DNA of 64,000 nucleotides from Balanoglossus misakiensis (Eukaryota; Animalia; Hemichordata): assembly GCA_040954595.2 (NCBI GenBank), contig CM082579.2, forward strand, positions 306,922-370,921. The letters run 5' to 3'. How positions within the stretch are numbered: position 1 is the first letter of the stretch; each line of letters begins with the position of its first letter. Below the pieces are notes generated by a model. That model was not told the DNA's origin and searched no databases. It saw nothing but the letters and a program-made list of their open reading frames with translations. Both the position numbers and the translations under genes were made by a program. Below are positions 23,099 to 36,600 of the stretch, piece by piece.

Positions 23099-26000
23099 TT
23101 AACTTATTCAACGAAGGACTATCTTTTATGACATACTTTAAGCTAACAGCTGCTGTCTACACGCTTTTTGCATGACTTGTACACAAAAGGGGTCTTTTAA
23201 TCTGCCCTATTTAACATAATTATGCCAATAGACGTACAGCGTATACGATTATTTATATGTTATGCTAATTTACTGTTCTGTTATAAATTACTTGGGACAT
23301 TACTGTCCCTACTAAATTGAGAGAGAGAGATGAAATAATTTATGTATATTCTTTCGAGCAGTTATTTCTTGTTATAATGTGCCCTCAACGGTAATATTGA
23401 ATTATCGTTCGTCTGTCGATGCCCACTAAGGTGCTTGTCCGATGCTCGACTTGCGGTTACCAACGAAGGTTAGAAGATGTATCGATTTCAGTGAACGTGT
23501 ATTAAGCTTTTAAATCTTGTGCGCAGTCAGAAACTGAAAAGTTACTGCTGTTATTACAAACCAACGCCCACTGACTCCCGATCATGACATGAACAGACGG
23601 ATTCAGTCACATGATATGGTCGTCTACCTCGACAATCTGGTAGGGTAAACAAATGTTTTTAATCATCAAGTCTGATGCTGTTCGAAACAGATACAATAAC
23701 AGTTTAAGTGGGCAGCGTCACTGTAAATTACTTTACTTTCTGTTCAAGACAATAGCATATCAATTTAAACTCTTAAAGGCCAGTTTATCGCTTGCAATTG
23801 TTTTCCCATGGGCAAATTTCCTAATATAAATCATGCGACCAGAGTATCAAGTTTCGCCTTTTGGCAGCCAGTTTTGGTCTTTAGACTTTTACTTCAGAAC
23901 AGCGGCGAGAGTACAGATGTTACTTCTATTGCAGCACTTCAGCCGAATCACTATCACAAAGTTCTAAGTAGCTATCGAAAAGAAAAGTTGCGTTAATGTC
24001 GGTCATAAAACATCGAGTTTGGTTTACAGAACGTATTTTTTTGCCGGAAACTCTATCGACATGTCCTTCAGAGTTGAAGTCGAAGAAGACTCGGTTCATT
24101 GCCTCCCGAGTGACGATACTTATGAACTTCTCTCACACGAGATTTCGACGAATAATAAAAGTAGAAACATGCCCGCAGCCGCTTTAGAAGCTTACTTCGT
24201 CATATTCTGTAAATAAACAAATATGTGTGGTGGCCATCCGCAAAAAAGATCTTGCTTGTAGGCTATTAACACGGTTACATGTACATTTGACTCCGACTAT
24301 GTGACCCTTGACCTCATTGAGAAAAGTTTACTGCGTGACAAATACATTGTATTTTTTTCGTGGAGACTGTCGGACCAATCGGGCTATATCCATCATTTCC
24401 GAGGATGAGGAAAAAAACAATAGTTGTTATTTGGTTTCGCATATTGTTGTTCGTGTTTCCAGATTTTCGTTTGATATGGCTTAAGAATTTTGGGAGGAAA
24501 ATGTGCGAAATTATCGAGTTTTGATTTTGTCAAATTTCTAATCTCTTTAAATCCGTTACCATTTAGCATAAATTCATGTTGGCAGCCGCCTCTCTGCATC
24601 AACCGCGATTTATTCGATATTCAATGTCTCATGTGCTAAAATTCGAAGCATTTGAAACTTCATCTAATGAAAAAATGATGGCCAATTGCAGTATTCTCAG
24701 GCGGGGAATTTGACCACGCCAAGTTTCCGCAATGGTTTTACCGTAAACCAGAAGATATGTTCATTGCATTAAAGCGGGGACCAAGTCTGTTTGAAAGACG
24801 CCTTGGTGTCGTACCCGGACGAGCCACGGACAGTAAAAGTTGGCAATTTAGGGCAATGATTTATGGCTATTAATTGTCTTAAGCAAACAGAAAAACATTC
24901 TCAGTCAATTCACTAAGTAAACGTTGGCTTCGCTTCATGGATTTCCAATCTAAGCGATCTATAAACTATAAACTGATCGGGTGAGTTTACACACTGTCTC
25001 TTCGGGATCTCGTGTCTCGGGATCGGCCAATGTGAGCAATTGGCTGCGGCTTGCCTATCACCAGTGGCCTAACAGGATAATCCATCAAACTCGTGAAGTC
25101 TGTGAACAGATAAAGTCATGACGGAGTCGGTTTCAGGTTCGTTCAAAACTCGTCGGCATAGAAAATTTGTCAATCATCCGTTGCATCGCGAGCGCTAAGA
25201 ATTTCAATTTCACTGCACCTTACACACAGCAGGTGACAAAATCCCAACTTTGCAAATGCCCGAAATTTCTATTCTTAGTTATGTCCCTACACAGAAAGCA
25301 GAAGATGATAATCATTGCACACAAGGTTGATCTATGAAATGAAAAAAAGTTTGACATCGGCCCCAACGAGAAATTGTTGTCATTCCAAAAGAACAGAAAT
25401 GGGCGCTGTTCAAATTCATTTCACGTTAAGTACAATGTTTGATTGGGAGATAAAATTACAAAGTGTAGTGTTGAGTTACTCATTGATGCGTCGGAAGACA
25501 GGGACGATCTTAACATCGCCGGCACAACCAGATCATTCGGTAAAATTTTCATTTGCGCCATAATGTGGCTGGAGGTCACGAGCCGGAGCAATTTACTAGA
25601 ATAATGTTTATATTACTAATGCAAACACGACAGCTTTCTCACAAATATATAATGTCTCCGAAGTCGTAGTAAAACGCTCCTATCACTCATCAAGCTTGAA
25701 TTGTAAGTGGAAGGCCGTCATATGCCTTCCCACTTGGCTCCATCGCCGTCTCGGTGTCTCAAGCTCTAAAGCCGCTAGTGTTTCCTAACAAGTCTCGCCT
25801 CAAGTGGTATATCGGGCATAAAAGTGAAGGTATTCCAAGAGCTAATTTACAGCACTTGGAGGAAAAAGCTGTGAGAACGCTTCCCTTCAAGTGCTCTCAT
25901 ATTATTTTAGTTGAACCACTTTGGATCTCCCAAAGCACACAGGACAAGACCACACCAGAACCACCTTGAGTAACCTTAGCGGTCAGAATCGTCTACAAAG

Positions 26001-27485
26001 AAAACAAAACTCGTTCACCTTTTACGGTCTTCGTTATTAAAGTCCAAACTCACGTAATTCGTGCTTGGCGAAATCGAAGGTTTCCGTTCCCATCCTCAAA
26101 AAGAAACAACAAAAAACTTGAGATGGTTGAGGCTGTACGTGTGATATAGTCGGCATCATAATTTAATAATGGTCCTGTTACATTCCATGTAAATACATGT
26201 GCAATCTTTCCATTCGCCTCATTAAAACCATCTGTTATAACAACTTTACTTAGCCAAGCCACTAATAGACATTTCCCTTCAGTCATAATGGAATATATAA
26301 AAGTTAGAAAAACACCATAAAGATATAGGTAAATCGGTTGACTATTCTGCCTATGTCCCGATAAAATTCAAGATTTAAGATAAACAAGAGCAGAAACTGA
26401 TTTTGTTGATCTAGTATCTCAGAAAAAAAACACTATTTGTTTTACAATAGTTTGAGACGATATAAAATCTAGCACTTTGGCCTGTGGGATATTTTTGTAC
26501 AAAATAACCAGGTTTGCGCCTTTGAAACTTAAGCACCTTCAACTGGATTCAATAGATCTTATTTTCGAAACATGTAAGAAAACTTGTCCAAATAATCCTT
26601 GGCCAGCTCTTGTGTTCAAAGACGGTACTATATTTGGCCAGGCAGTGCACATTCGACAAAAAATGCCGCTTCCCCCTAGGTATCGCGTGTAAAGAAACAT
26701 TCACATATACAATGTAAGACTATCTGTTTTCTCTTGAAAGGTACTGAGATCTGTTCCTTACCGACTAACCCTTTAAGGTCTGTAACGACCAGATGGTTTC
26801 GTCAATTCCATCAATGTCGGTCTAATTAGCTTCCTCAGTAAGTGATAGACAAACACTTTTTCACGTCGCGTTTTCCTTTTGATTACTATCAGTACCTGTT
26901 AACTTTATTTGTGGCGTTCACACAGGAATATTTGCTGCATTTTATCGCCGTCACTCGCCCTGGAACTACTACTTTGCTTTGATACTTGGTTAATGCAATC
27001 ATGGAACCTTTCTAGCCAATCGTGATCTTTTTGCGACAAGTTGCACCCCAAAAATCAAGGTACATGTATTTTGAACAGAACACGACATATTCAATACTCA
27101 TAAAAGTTACAAAAAACACGGATATCTTGCCATGGCCCGTTCTTCAAGCATGCGCACTTGAAAGGCACAGTGCCTTCCATTTCGAATACGTCAGCAAAAC
27201 TTTGTCAGTTAATTAATCAATGAAAGAATCATTAATTTTGACCAGAAAACAACCTCGTCTGTCATTTAGGGGTCACTTAGCGAGCCACGATTTTGATAAA
27301 TTGAGATCGGTTTCCAACCACGCCAGTTTATCAGTAGGCAGGGTCAAGGGTCAACAGCTGATTGGGTTCCTACATAAACATATCGCGAAGCGAGTTGCGG
27401 TGGAGGACGAGTGGTGCCTTTCAGCTGCGACCGGCCATGTTTACAAACAAAAGAGCAGATGGTGCGATGGAGATCGTGAGTAAAA

Positions 27486-27544
27486 GATGATGGTGGTGGT
27501 GGTGGTGGTGGTGGTGGTGGTGGTGGTGGTGGTGGTGGTGGTGC

Positions 27545-27641
<97 letters not shown>

Positions 27642-27658
27642 GTGATGGTGATGATGAT
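27486..27658. repeat. compound trinucleotide microsatellite (GGT)n(GAT)n
   Basis: Directly visible; it explains the poly-His/Thr and poly-Met ORFs in the track. Confidence 0.98.
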
Positions 27659-30600
27659 TCATTTTAATAAGTTGATTTTGTTTCAATATTTGCTGCAGCT
27701 AATATTGAGCGAGATAATGCTAATTGCTATGGTTCAATTGGTTGTGACTGTGAATGCCAACGTCAGAACTATGCGCTGGCATTGTCCCATTTTTGAACGA
27801 ACTTCCCACTTCCAGGATCATAGCACTCTAAAATAAGATTAAAAATAATTCTGAAAATTCCTCAGACAGAACCACTCGAATTCATAAACATCATGTTGAG
27901 CGCAGTGCTTTTTCACGTTCATTCCTGTCAAAACGAATCTTGTGGGAGTGAATCACATGTCACTTGGGGGTGCCTTGGAATGGTTTCCAGGAGACGGCTG
28001 GACGCATGACCAGACCTCTAAATCTAAGACTTCAACAGCTTGATAACAGTAGAGTCATTTCATTGACAACGAACTTTTCTTCACTAAATGTCAAACAATG
28101 TCATTTTAAGTCAGTCGTGGCATTTTCACAGTGTCACTAAACTGTCATGTAAGAGATCGCCTGACTGATGTCAAGTTTCATACTTTGTTTTCCCCGAAAA
28201 AACAACAACCCTCGTTTCATTTTAATTTGCCGCTTTGGTCAAATCAGGAGCATTTAGAATCTAGCCAACGTTTTCTTACATACGTCCACTGAAAATCAAT
28301 TCGAAATTTCGCGGCAGGAGACAAAATTAGTTTCATGGTTAATATTGTTGGAGCTGTTGACAATATGATATAAATGAGGATTCCATCGATACATTTTTGA
28401 TGTGGCTAAGTACGCTGTCCACAATGAGAGAGACTTTATTGTTTATATCTATAGGATCAGGGTCTGTAACATTCTACTTCAACACCTTCACTTTTATCAA
28501 CATCGTTGTTTAATTGAGCAATTAAGGGATTTGCCTAAGAACGTTTGCGTAATTAACAAAGATAGATAAATAATTAACCCGAAAGGTGTTCTGGACGGGC
28601 GCCAGACGTTGATACTGTCTCAGTGGCAACACGAATCGAAAATAATGAAGGACGAATAATTCCCGTTGTGGAATCCACTCCTCACAAAAAACGTTCACAT
28701 CCGCAAAGAGCAACTCTCTCTAACAAGGGTAAAATTTATCTGAAACGTGATATCATGTGTATAAAATCCCTTTTACATCTTTTTGGGGGGAGGGGGGCAC
28801 AGATCATGGAATCGGCACGCTAACTCCCGGTAAATGCTGTGCATTGAATGTTATAATTGTATTTTCGTGTTTTCTGTAAATTTAAACATTTATTCAACCA
28901 TACCGAGTCCCACTGTGATTTCCCATGATACACTTCTACTGCGCCTGTCCATTTCGATGTCACATTTCCATATAGTCTGCGTGATGGATGTCTATTGATG
29001 AGATTGTGACACTGGTTATCGCTTGTCTCCTTGCAGCTTCCTACTACGCTGGCGCCATGCACTCATTCACATCGTAAAGTCGCCTGCTATTCTGTCGTTC
29101 CACACAGCCCCTCTGCCCTGACCCAACATATTTGGCGAGTCGTCGGGAAATCGGATACCGCTCCACATTGCCACTTGGTGCTCGTTTTGTGTTTAATTTC
29201 ATTAAAACAGTTAATCGTGCCGCCCTTTGTTGCAGCATGTAGGCGCTGCACGTCCGGTCCACTGAGTGCAAACGCCAAAACACCAATGAACTGTAGAGTG
29301 GGTCAGAAAATGTGAACTTTAAAACAGCAAAAAATCAGTTCGGTGTCCAAAAATACAATTCTGAGTTCTCGCTGCAATCATTGTGCTATGGTTTTAGTGA
29401 AAATGTGGGGCATCCCACCCAGCCTTCAAGAATCTCCAACTTTTTGAAAAGAAGGTATGTCAGGCCCACATGCTGAATTCATCGAAGTGCGCATGTGTCG
29501 GGTCTCGCTTCTCCACACAAGAGTCTCGTCCCATGACAAAATTTCGACCATGAAGATGCCCGCCCGACTTCAACCGTCATACACAATAGAAATATGTGAA
29601 AAGTAACAAGCAACCAAACTGACTGATGCCTGAACTACCATCATATTAAATTCACGACCCGGAGACATCTTTGCACCTCGCTGTGTCATCGTACTGCACT
29701 GGTTTTGAATGAGAGACTGTCGTGTGTCATCTCGTTAATCAATCGGTCACGACCATTCTTCTAGCGCTGTAAATCACTCTGTTAAAACAACAGTCGGAAG
29801 GTAATGTACACGCCAGTAGGAACACGGGTTATCGTCTAGTAACTTGATAAAGACGACTTGCATTCTACAGGTGTGTTATTTCACCTACATCCTGTGACCA
29901 ATTGTGTTAGACGACTGTAATATCGTACGACACGGGAGAGATAAGCTAGATCATGATATGTATCGTCTTGGTGTCACTGAACTTTATATTTTTTTATGAA
30001 ATGAAAGTTATGCTTCAAAGAGACATGGAGAAGTACACGTAGCTCAGTGTACTAGTATAGTAAACAGTAACCTGTGTATATGTCACTTTGAATTGAAAAC
30101 ATGAATAAAGTCAACAATACTTTGAAAACGAAATTTGATGTACGCAATATGCAGTTTGTTTTTATCCTGGATGTCACACTGAGGGGAATTATGCCTTTGT
30201 CACCTAAACGAAAACAATAACGTACAGACAATCCATAGAACACAAAGAATGAGCACTGTATCTATCCTGATAATATTCCTGGAAGAATGACAACTACAAA
30301 ATCGCTAAACGCTATTGGAAAGAAATTACGCACATCTTTTGTCAAAAATGTGTAAGCCATACGTCTTTTTCTTGTGAGAGTTTTCAGTCACGTGATTTTG
30401 TTTTACTGGTCCTTCGCCTTCTTGTGGAGATGAAATTGGATCGCAGAGAAAGGAAAGCCGTAAAGATAGCATAGGTTATCGGGGATGAGGCGCCAAGCTA
30501 GTGATAAACGTTGTCTGGTGCAATGCCTTGTAAGTGACAAACCCTGTCCTTGATGATTACACCTCTCAATCAAAACAACAGTAAAGGGACGGTCACGTAT

Positions 30601-33600
30601 GAAATACATCTTCATGGTCAGAAGCAAAATGAATCAAGAAAGTGAAAGAAAAGTGAAACGTTTTAGCGCAAATGTGAACTTGTTGGACCACAACTTGGTT
30701 CTTACATCGTCTGTATTGTGGAACTGAATCGATATACTGTACAATACTAGTATGTAGAGAGAGAGATTTAATGCATTCGGCGACATCTAAGCATGCTTCA
30801 CAAACGCTGAACCCAGCGAGAGGCTGACTTAGAAAGTAAACAATAATTCTCACAGATTTTGATCGTCACACCGATAACTACCTCCGCTCCACGGAGAGAT
30901 GATGAAATGTCTGCAAGGTGAAATGCCCCACCCCTCCCTCCTAACTAAAGACGTGTTCCGGACCTTACAGCCTACAACCAAATTTAATGTCCCTCGCGAT
31001 TTCAAAGGCACACGCTTATATTACATTTTGGTCGTTTTAATTTTCTCAACGATCTTGACTCAATAAGTGCAACCATTCAATGTCTGTGATTGTAATTATT
31101 GGTTTAGTAGATTGCTGCTGCGTCGCCAGTGAAGGACATTTTGGGTGTACCTGTTGCGACGGCTTGCATCGGATTGACAAATCTTGTCTTTGTAATTCCC
31201 ACTCCGTTTTGTTGGCCTGTTATTCATTCTTCATGTTTTAAATATTCTTAACCACCGCTTTGTGCCTTCTGTCGTTTTATCATTGGATATTCAATGACCG
31301 TTTCCGTCATTTCTTTTCAACATTACAACATAAAGATGAAATTCTTATGAAGTGTTCAGAACGAACAACATTCGTTGAACTTCGTAATTTGAATTTCGGA
31401 CAGTTTTTTCGTGTTCCAAATTGTCAGGATCGTTTCGCCATTTGACATAAAGTTAAGTGCAATAGTGTCGGTTTGTCATATCGTAAAGACCTAACATTTC
31501 ATATCGCAGAAACAATTCAAGTAAGTACAGTTCAATGATCAGAAATTTGGAGAAAATCGTTTGTCCGTTAGATGTGTCATTGCACATGTAGCTTTCAGTA
31601 CAACACAAATACCACATGTTGGCTTGGCACAAAATGGAAAGACGTCCGCTTGCTCTGACAAAGATGTACATGGACGTGGCTTTTCTTCTGAGGCAGTTAT
31701 GCGAGAATTTCAGAAGTGGGCTAATTGGACGTGTAAATTTATCACGCCCCAAGGAAAAGTTTGTCCTTGGGCGACGTTTTTGTCTCCTTCCCTCTTTTGG
31801 GGTAAAATGTCACAACAGAATCAGTTACATCACACCTCGTGAGACCGACTAAACGAAGGTGTTCATGCGGAAGATATTGTCAGGCTAAAGTTGGCGCCAA
31901 GACGCAACAAGTGCGACTGTAACGCTGCAGAAACATAAAATCAGCAGGTTTGGTGGTACTATGTTTATCAAGAATGTAATTAACCAGAACGATGTTGAAA
32001 AAAAACAAGATGCACGGAGGGAACAAATTCTGTTTTTAAAGTAATTTTTCACGCTTTCAGTAAGAAAAGAGATGTCACTCAAAATGTCCTGCCAGGCGTC
32101 ATGTCTCGATGACGTGGCGCGTTGCAAATCAGTGATAATATCACATTCAGTTTATGTGAAAATGAGTTTCATCACACAAAAAGCTTTTGACTGTTGCGTT
32201 TTTAAAAACCCGACACATGCCTGGTTTTCTGACAGTCACAGTTTTCAACGGAAAACCCGTCTAGCAAATATAATGTCGATTTTGGGAAACACAGGGAAAG
32301 GGTAATATTATGGGATATCGATAATTTGACAGGTGGGCAAACATATTTCAAAACCGAGCATCCAAAAGCACCGCATGACGTAGCATTTTAAGCTGTTTTA
32401 ATGGAGCAGTAATCGGATGAGAGAGTTGGACCAAACTGCTTTATATCGAATAAGAGAAATTATTTGAGTTTATACAAATACATTCTTGCAAGCAAGACAG
32501 TGTGTGGGAAGGAGAAAACAGACGACCCCACATCAAAGAAGTCAGGAATGAGGAGAAAACCACTTGTTCTTCACATGTTCAAAGCTGAAGCCCCAAAATC
32601 GTATCCCAGAAACGCCACAGACAGTCAACTGGAAAAGTGAACAAACCACAACTTGGGCGATTTTTTGTCGCAACTAGGCGCCAGACTTTAACAACATACC
32701 TTGAACGCAGGCTAATTAGTGTTTTAATTATCCGGGGGTGATTAGTGTCTTGCTGGAGTAGGTTTCGTTCCCACTCCTTTTCTTGTCCACCTTTTCTCTA
32801 GTACGGCTTGACAAACACAAAAACTTGCCCACACTTTTGCATTGGTAATCCCGTAAACCATCAAACCTTTTATGCGGCGACTAATTAGCCTCAGAGACAA
32901 GCTTTTCTAACATCCAGAAAAAAATATCGCCAACTAGCTCATTAAATTTAGAGACTTAGGCCGTTAGTCAGGATTAAATCCGCCCTTAAGCCGCAAATTA
33001 CTATTTTAATTTACCCCAATGTTTAGATCGTCTTCTCTGTGAAGAGACTGAAAACTGATTTGTTATTCTTAGTTCTGGCCAAGACTGCTATTGTGAATCT
33101 GTGGTCCAAGTACAATGGTTGAAATTGGACAAGTTGTTCGACCAGGCGAAGTAATGAGTCTGAGATACCAATGAAGTCGCAGTGACGAGACAATTCGCCA
33201 TACTTAACGCGACCAACGCGGAAATAATCGAGGAGCTTGCTAAGGAGATTACGCCGATCTTGAGTACACTAACACGTCGAATGTCGTTATGGACAATATT
33301 TCCGCTGGAGTTCAAATTCTGAAAGCGTGTTCATCGAAGAAGAAATGACGAAAGAATAGGGCTCTTTCACTGTGGGCTGGACTGAAAAAGGGTCTAGCGG
33401 AAAAGCTCACAAAGATAAGCTAACGTCGGTGGGCAATGTTTCCGCTGGATTTCAACCTTTGAATCGCCACTTATTAGTGGGAGGAAAGGGTAGACGCAGA
33501 AATAACGAGAGAACAGAGGGTATTTCAGGGGTTGGTCTGAGATCCAGTCGGAGATACCGTAAACAACAATTAAAGGTGAATGCTCGTCTGGTGGACTGGT

Positions 33601-36600
33601 CGCTCCGCAGACAGAATAAATGGTGAAATAACACGGCACAGACTGAGTTGTTTAAAATGTAAAATGTATGTACATTTGGACCTACTTTGTGGGGTTCGAT
33701 TGTTGTGAATATTATTCGGCCATGCATCCCTTGTTTGTCTTGATAGGAGAATGGAGGGGACTAAAAAAAAACAGAGATGGGCAGATCGTTAACTGTAATC
33801 TAATCATGATGAAAGAAGTGGCAAAGACGCTAAAAAGATCAATTCCTCCTGTGTATAAATGGCATGAACGTTGTCAGTATCGGTACATGAAGTAGGACGC
33901 ATTACGTAAAACTCTTGCGTTTTATGTCAACTTGAAATTCGTCTGTAAACCAGGATCTTTAAAAAAAACAAGTTGAATTGCAACTCCTACTGACTAGTAA
34001 AGTGTGTGTTTACTTAAAAGTGACAAAACTGATGAAACAAACGCTTATTGGCTGGTGCAGTATCCTTGAAGCTATATAGTGGAGACTTTACTATAAAACA
34101 TACAAATCGGTGGTGTATTACTTATGTCTACGAGGCTGGCGTTTTTAGATGTACGGGTGGTCTCGTCAAGTAACACGTGCTTCTCGTTTACCGCTACGCT
34201 AACCATTTCGGCTTTGTCTTAAATCAATTATCGTTGATAATTATTAATCAGCTTTTCACTTAGCAAAGATTCGCCAACTTTTCAAACATGTTAATTTTTA
34301 TACTTTTCGCATAAAACAGTGTTCAGATATTCGAAAGAGCACGACTAGTGATTCTCAAAAGTATACATTTGGTAGTTGTTTACAAGTGTATACGAGAAAG
34401 TGCCCCCAGGCTAGCCGGCTACCGAATACGGGACGAGAATTAGCTTGGCTCCAAATCTAAATCCCTCCAACCTCAACTTCTCACATAACGGCGCCAGAAA
34501 TGGTGAAGGGAACTCCCAAAACTCCAGCTGAGAAACGTACTTCAGAATCTCCATTCAATATACCTCTAATATTTCTGTATTTATGTCAATAAAATCTTCC
34601 GCGATATACCTAAATATTGACACGTTCAAACGGCTGCATCAGCTTCGTGATAAAGTATTTTACGTCTGTGACGCCTATATCGCTCATTTCTGTCGTATTT
34701 TGCAGTCTAATATAAGTTTGTCTGGTAGTAGAATCAAGCCTTGATTTGTCCGCGTTGCTCCAAAACTAAGATACTAGACTAACTACAAGTGTCCGGTAGG
34801 CTATTTCGATTAAATGGTTTAGATCGAGCTATAGGTAAAATCTGACATCAAATAACATAGTTTGTGGTCCCTTTCCTTTTTTTCATAACAATGGTAAATA
34901 GTTTGGAAAGATTTAAATATACTTAAGCATGCAAATTCAAGAGGCAGGTCTACAAAGGGCAACACGTCTGCGATCATAGCCATGGCAAAGATAGAAAGAA
35001 CGCGGTGGATTTTACATTCCGGGGTCTAGGCTTGTATTGTTTACATAGTATTACTGCCGGTAACGATTACAAACCTACCCTCGGGAAATAGCCACTTTAT
35101 TTTTCCATGGAAATCGCCGACTCCATGGAGAGATAATCGGGAATAAGCCCAGCTCTACAGACATACGATATGTGACATAGGTGGCAGAGAGAGAGGAATT
35201 CAAATTTGGTAGATGCAATTCTCCGAGTTTATTGCGACTATGCCATAATCTTAACAATCCTCTGAACCAGGATGAACTATGATTACATATTGCGACCATA
35301 AGACCGTCTTCATATAAGTGACTCGCTTTTGCTTCACCGTAATACTCGGAATAGTCCATATTAAATTCATGCTGTTTATTTACGTGTGGGATTGGTTGAT
35401 TTTCCGAGCTCCGGGCGATATGCACGTATCAAATGATGGATTGCAACGCCATCAGGCAAAGAAGAAAACTTTGGGTGTCGGTTTCAATATGGAAAAAATC
35501 AAAATGACGCTAAAATCGGGGTGTTGGATGCACCGATATAATGAAAACACAAATGAACAGGTATAGAGTTCCGTCAGATGTACATCAAAATTTGTGCTAT
35601 TTCTCGCCGTTAAGCAATTTAACATGCAACGAAACATTATTGACAAGTGGGGAACTGTCGACCGAAATATTCAAAGCAGATAAACTTTTGTTATGACAAG
35701 AAAGGGCCGGCGTTGTTTTGTGTCCCATGGTAGACGTACGACTGTGCGGTTCAGATAGATTGTTGGTTGGCCTACGTTCACATAGATTATGGGCCTGACT
35801 GACTGATGTTCGTGTGGCCCTCATTCGCCGTTTTCTGGTTCATATTCATCGCTCTTCCTATAAACAGTTTCAACCGCTGATGATACCACTGTGCAGTGGA
35901 CATCTAAGGAGTAATATAGATTTCTTTTATGCAATGAAGATGGTATTATCATGTCCAAGCGTTCCTTTCAAGGAATGTCATTCATATGCAAAAACTTGCA
36001 AGGTGTGCGTTTCTGTGTTTTGGGCATGGTTGAGGTAAACATGTGACTGGTTTCGTTCCAGGAGGTATTTTCTTTCCGAAAATGCGTTCGATACATTTTT
36101 ATCCCTATTCATTCATCCGTCCATCCATCCCTCATGTCTAAGCAGTAGTTTTGAGAACCCAACCCGGTTTATAGCTAGGCAACCATCCGTGTCTGGGTGG
36201 ACGGTAGGATATAGGAGTGTTGCCGGCAACGCAAGACGCATTCGTGCATGGTGGATCATTCTGATAAAAGTGATTGTCAGGGTAGGTACAAGTATTTGGG
36301 CGTCGGAGTGTCTAATTCTCGGAATTGTTTCCCCCCGCTCTCTCGTCCCGTCTATTAAAGGAGCGAACGCGGTTTAAATGCGTTCCAGGCTTTTCTTTGT
36401 CCCAAGTCAAGCGTGTCGGAACAGCAATCTCCACTTTGCGCCGGTGTTGACTACACTAGCCACCGATAACGTACATTGTAATGCGCACCGGTTACAAAAC
36501 GAGTCAGTTTGTGGAACAAGCGTTTTAAGCGTCTGAGCCTTGTAAAACCAGTGTAGTAAATTTAGATCACGTTTAGCACTCTCTGCTTGCTGTAGAAAGA

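Noticed and set aside
23773-24190. TTAAAGG-starting possible Kolobok-like element
   Set aside because: No matching right terminal inverted repeat was found.
27441-27836. Poly-His/Thr and poly-Met ORFs
   Set aside because: They are translations of the (GGT)n(GAT)n microsatellite.
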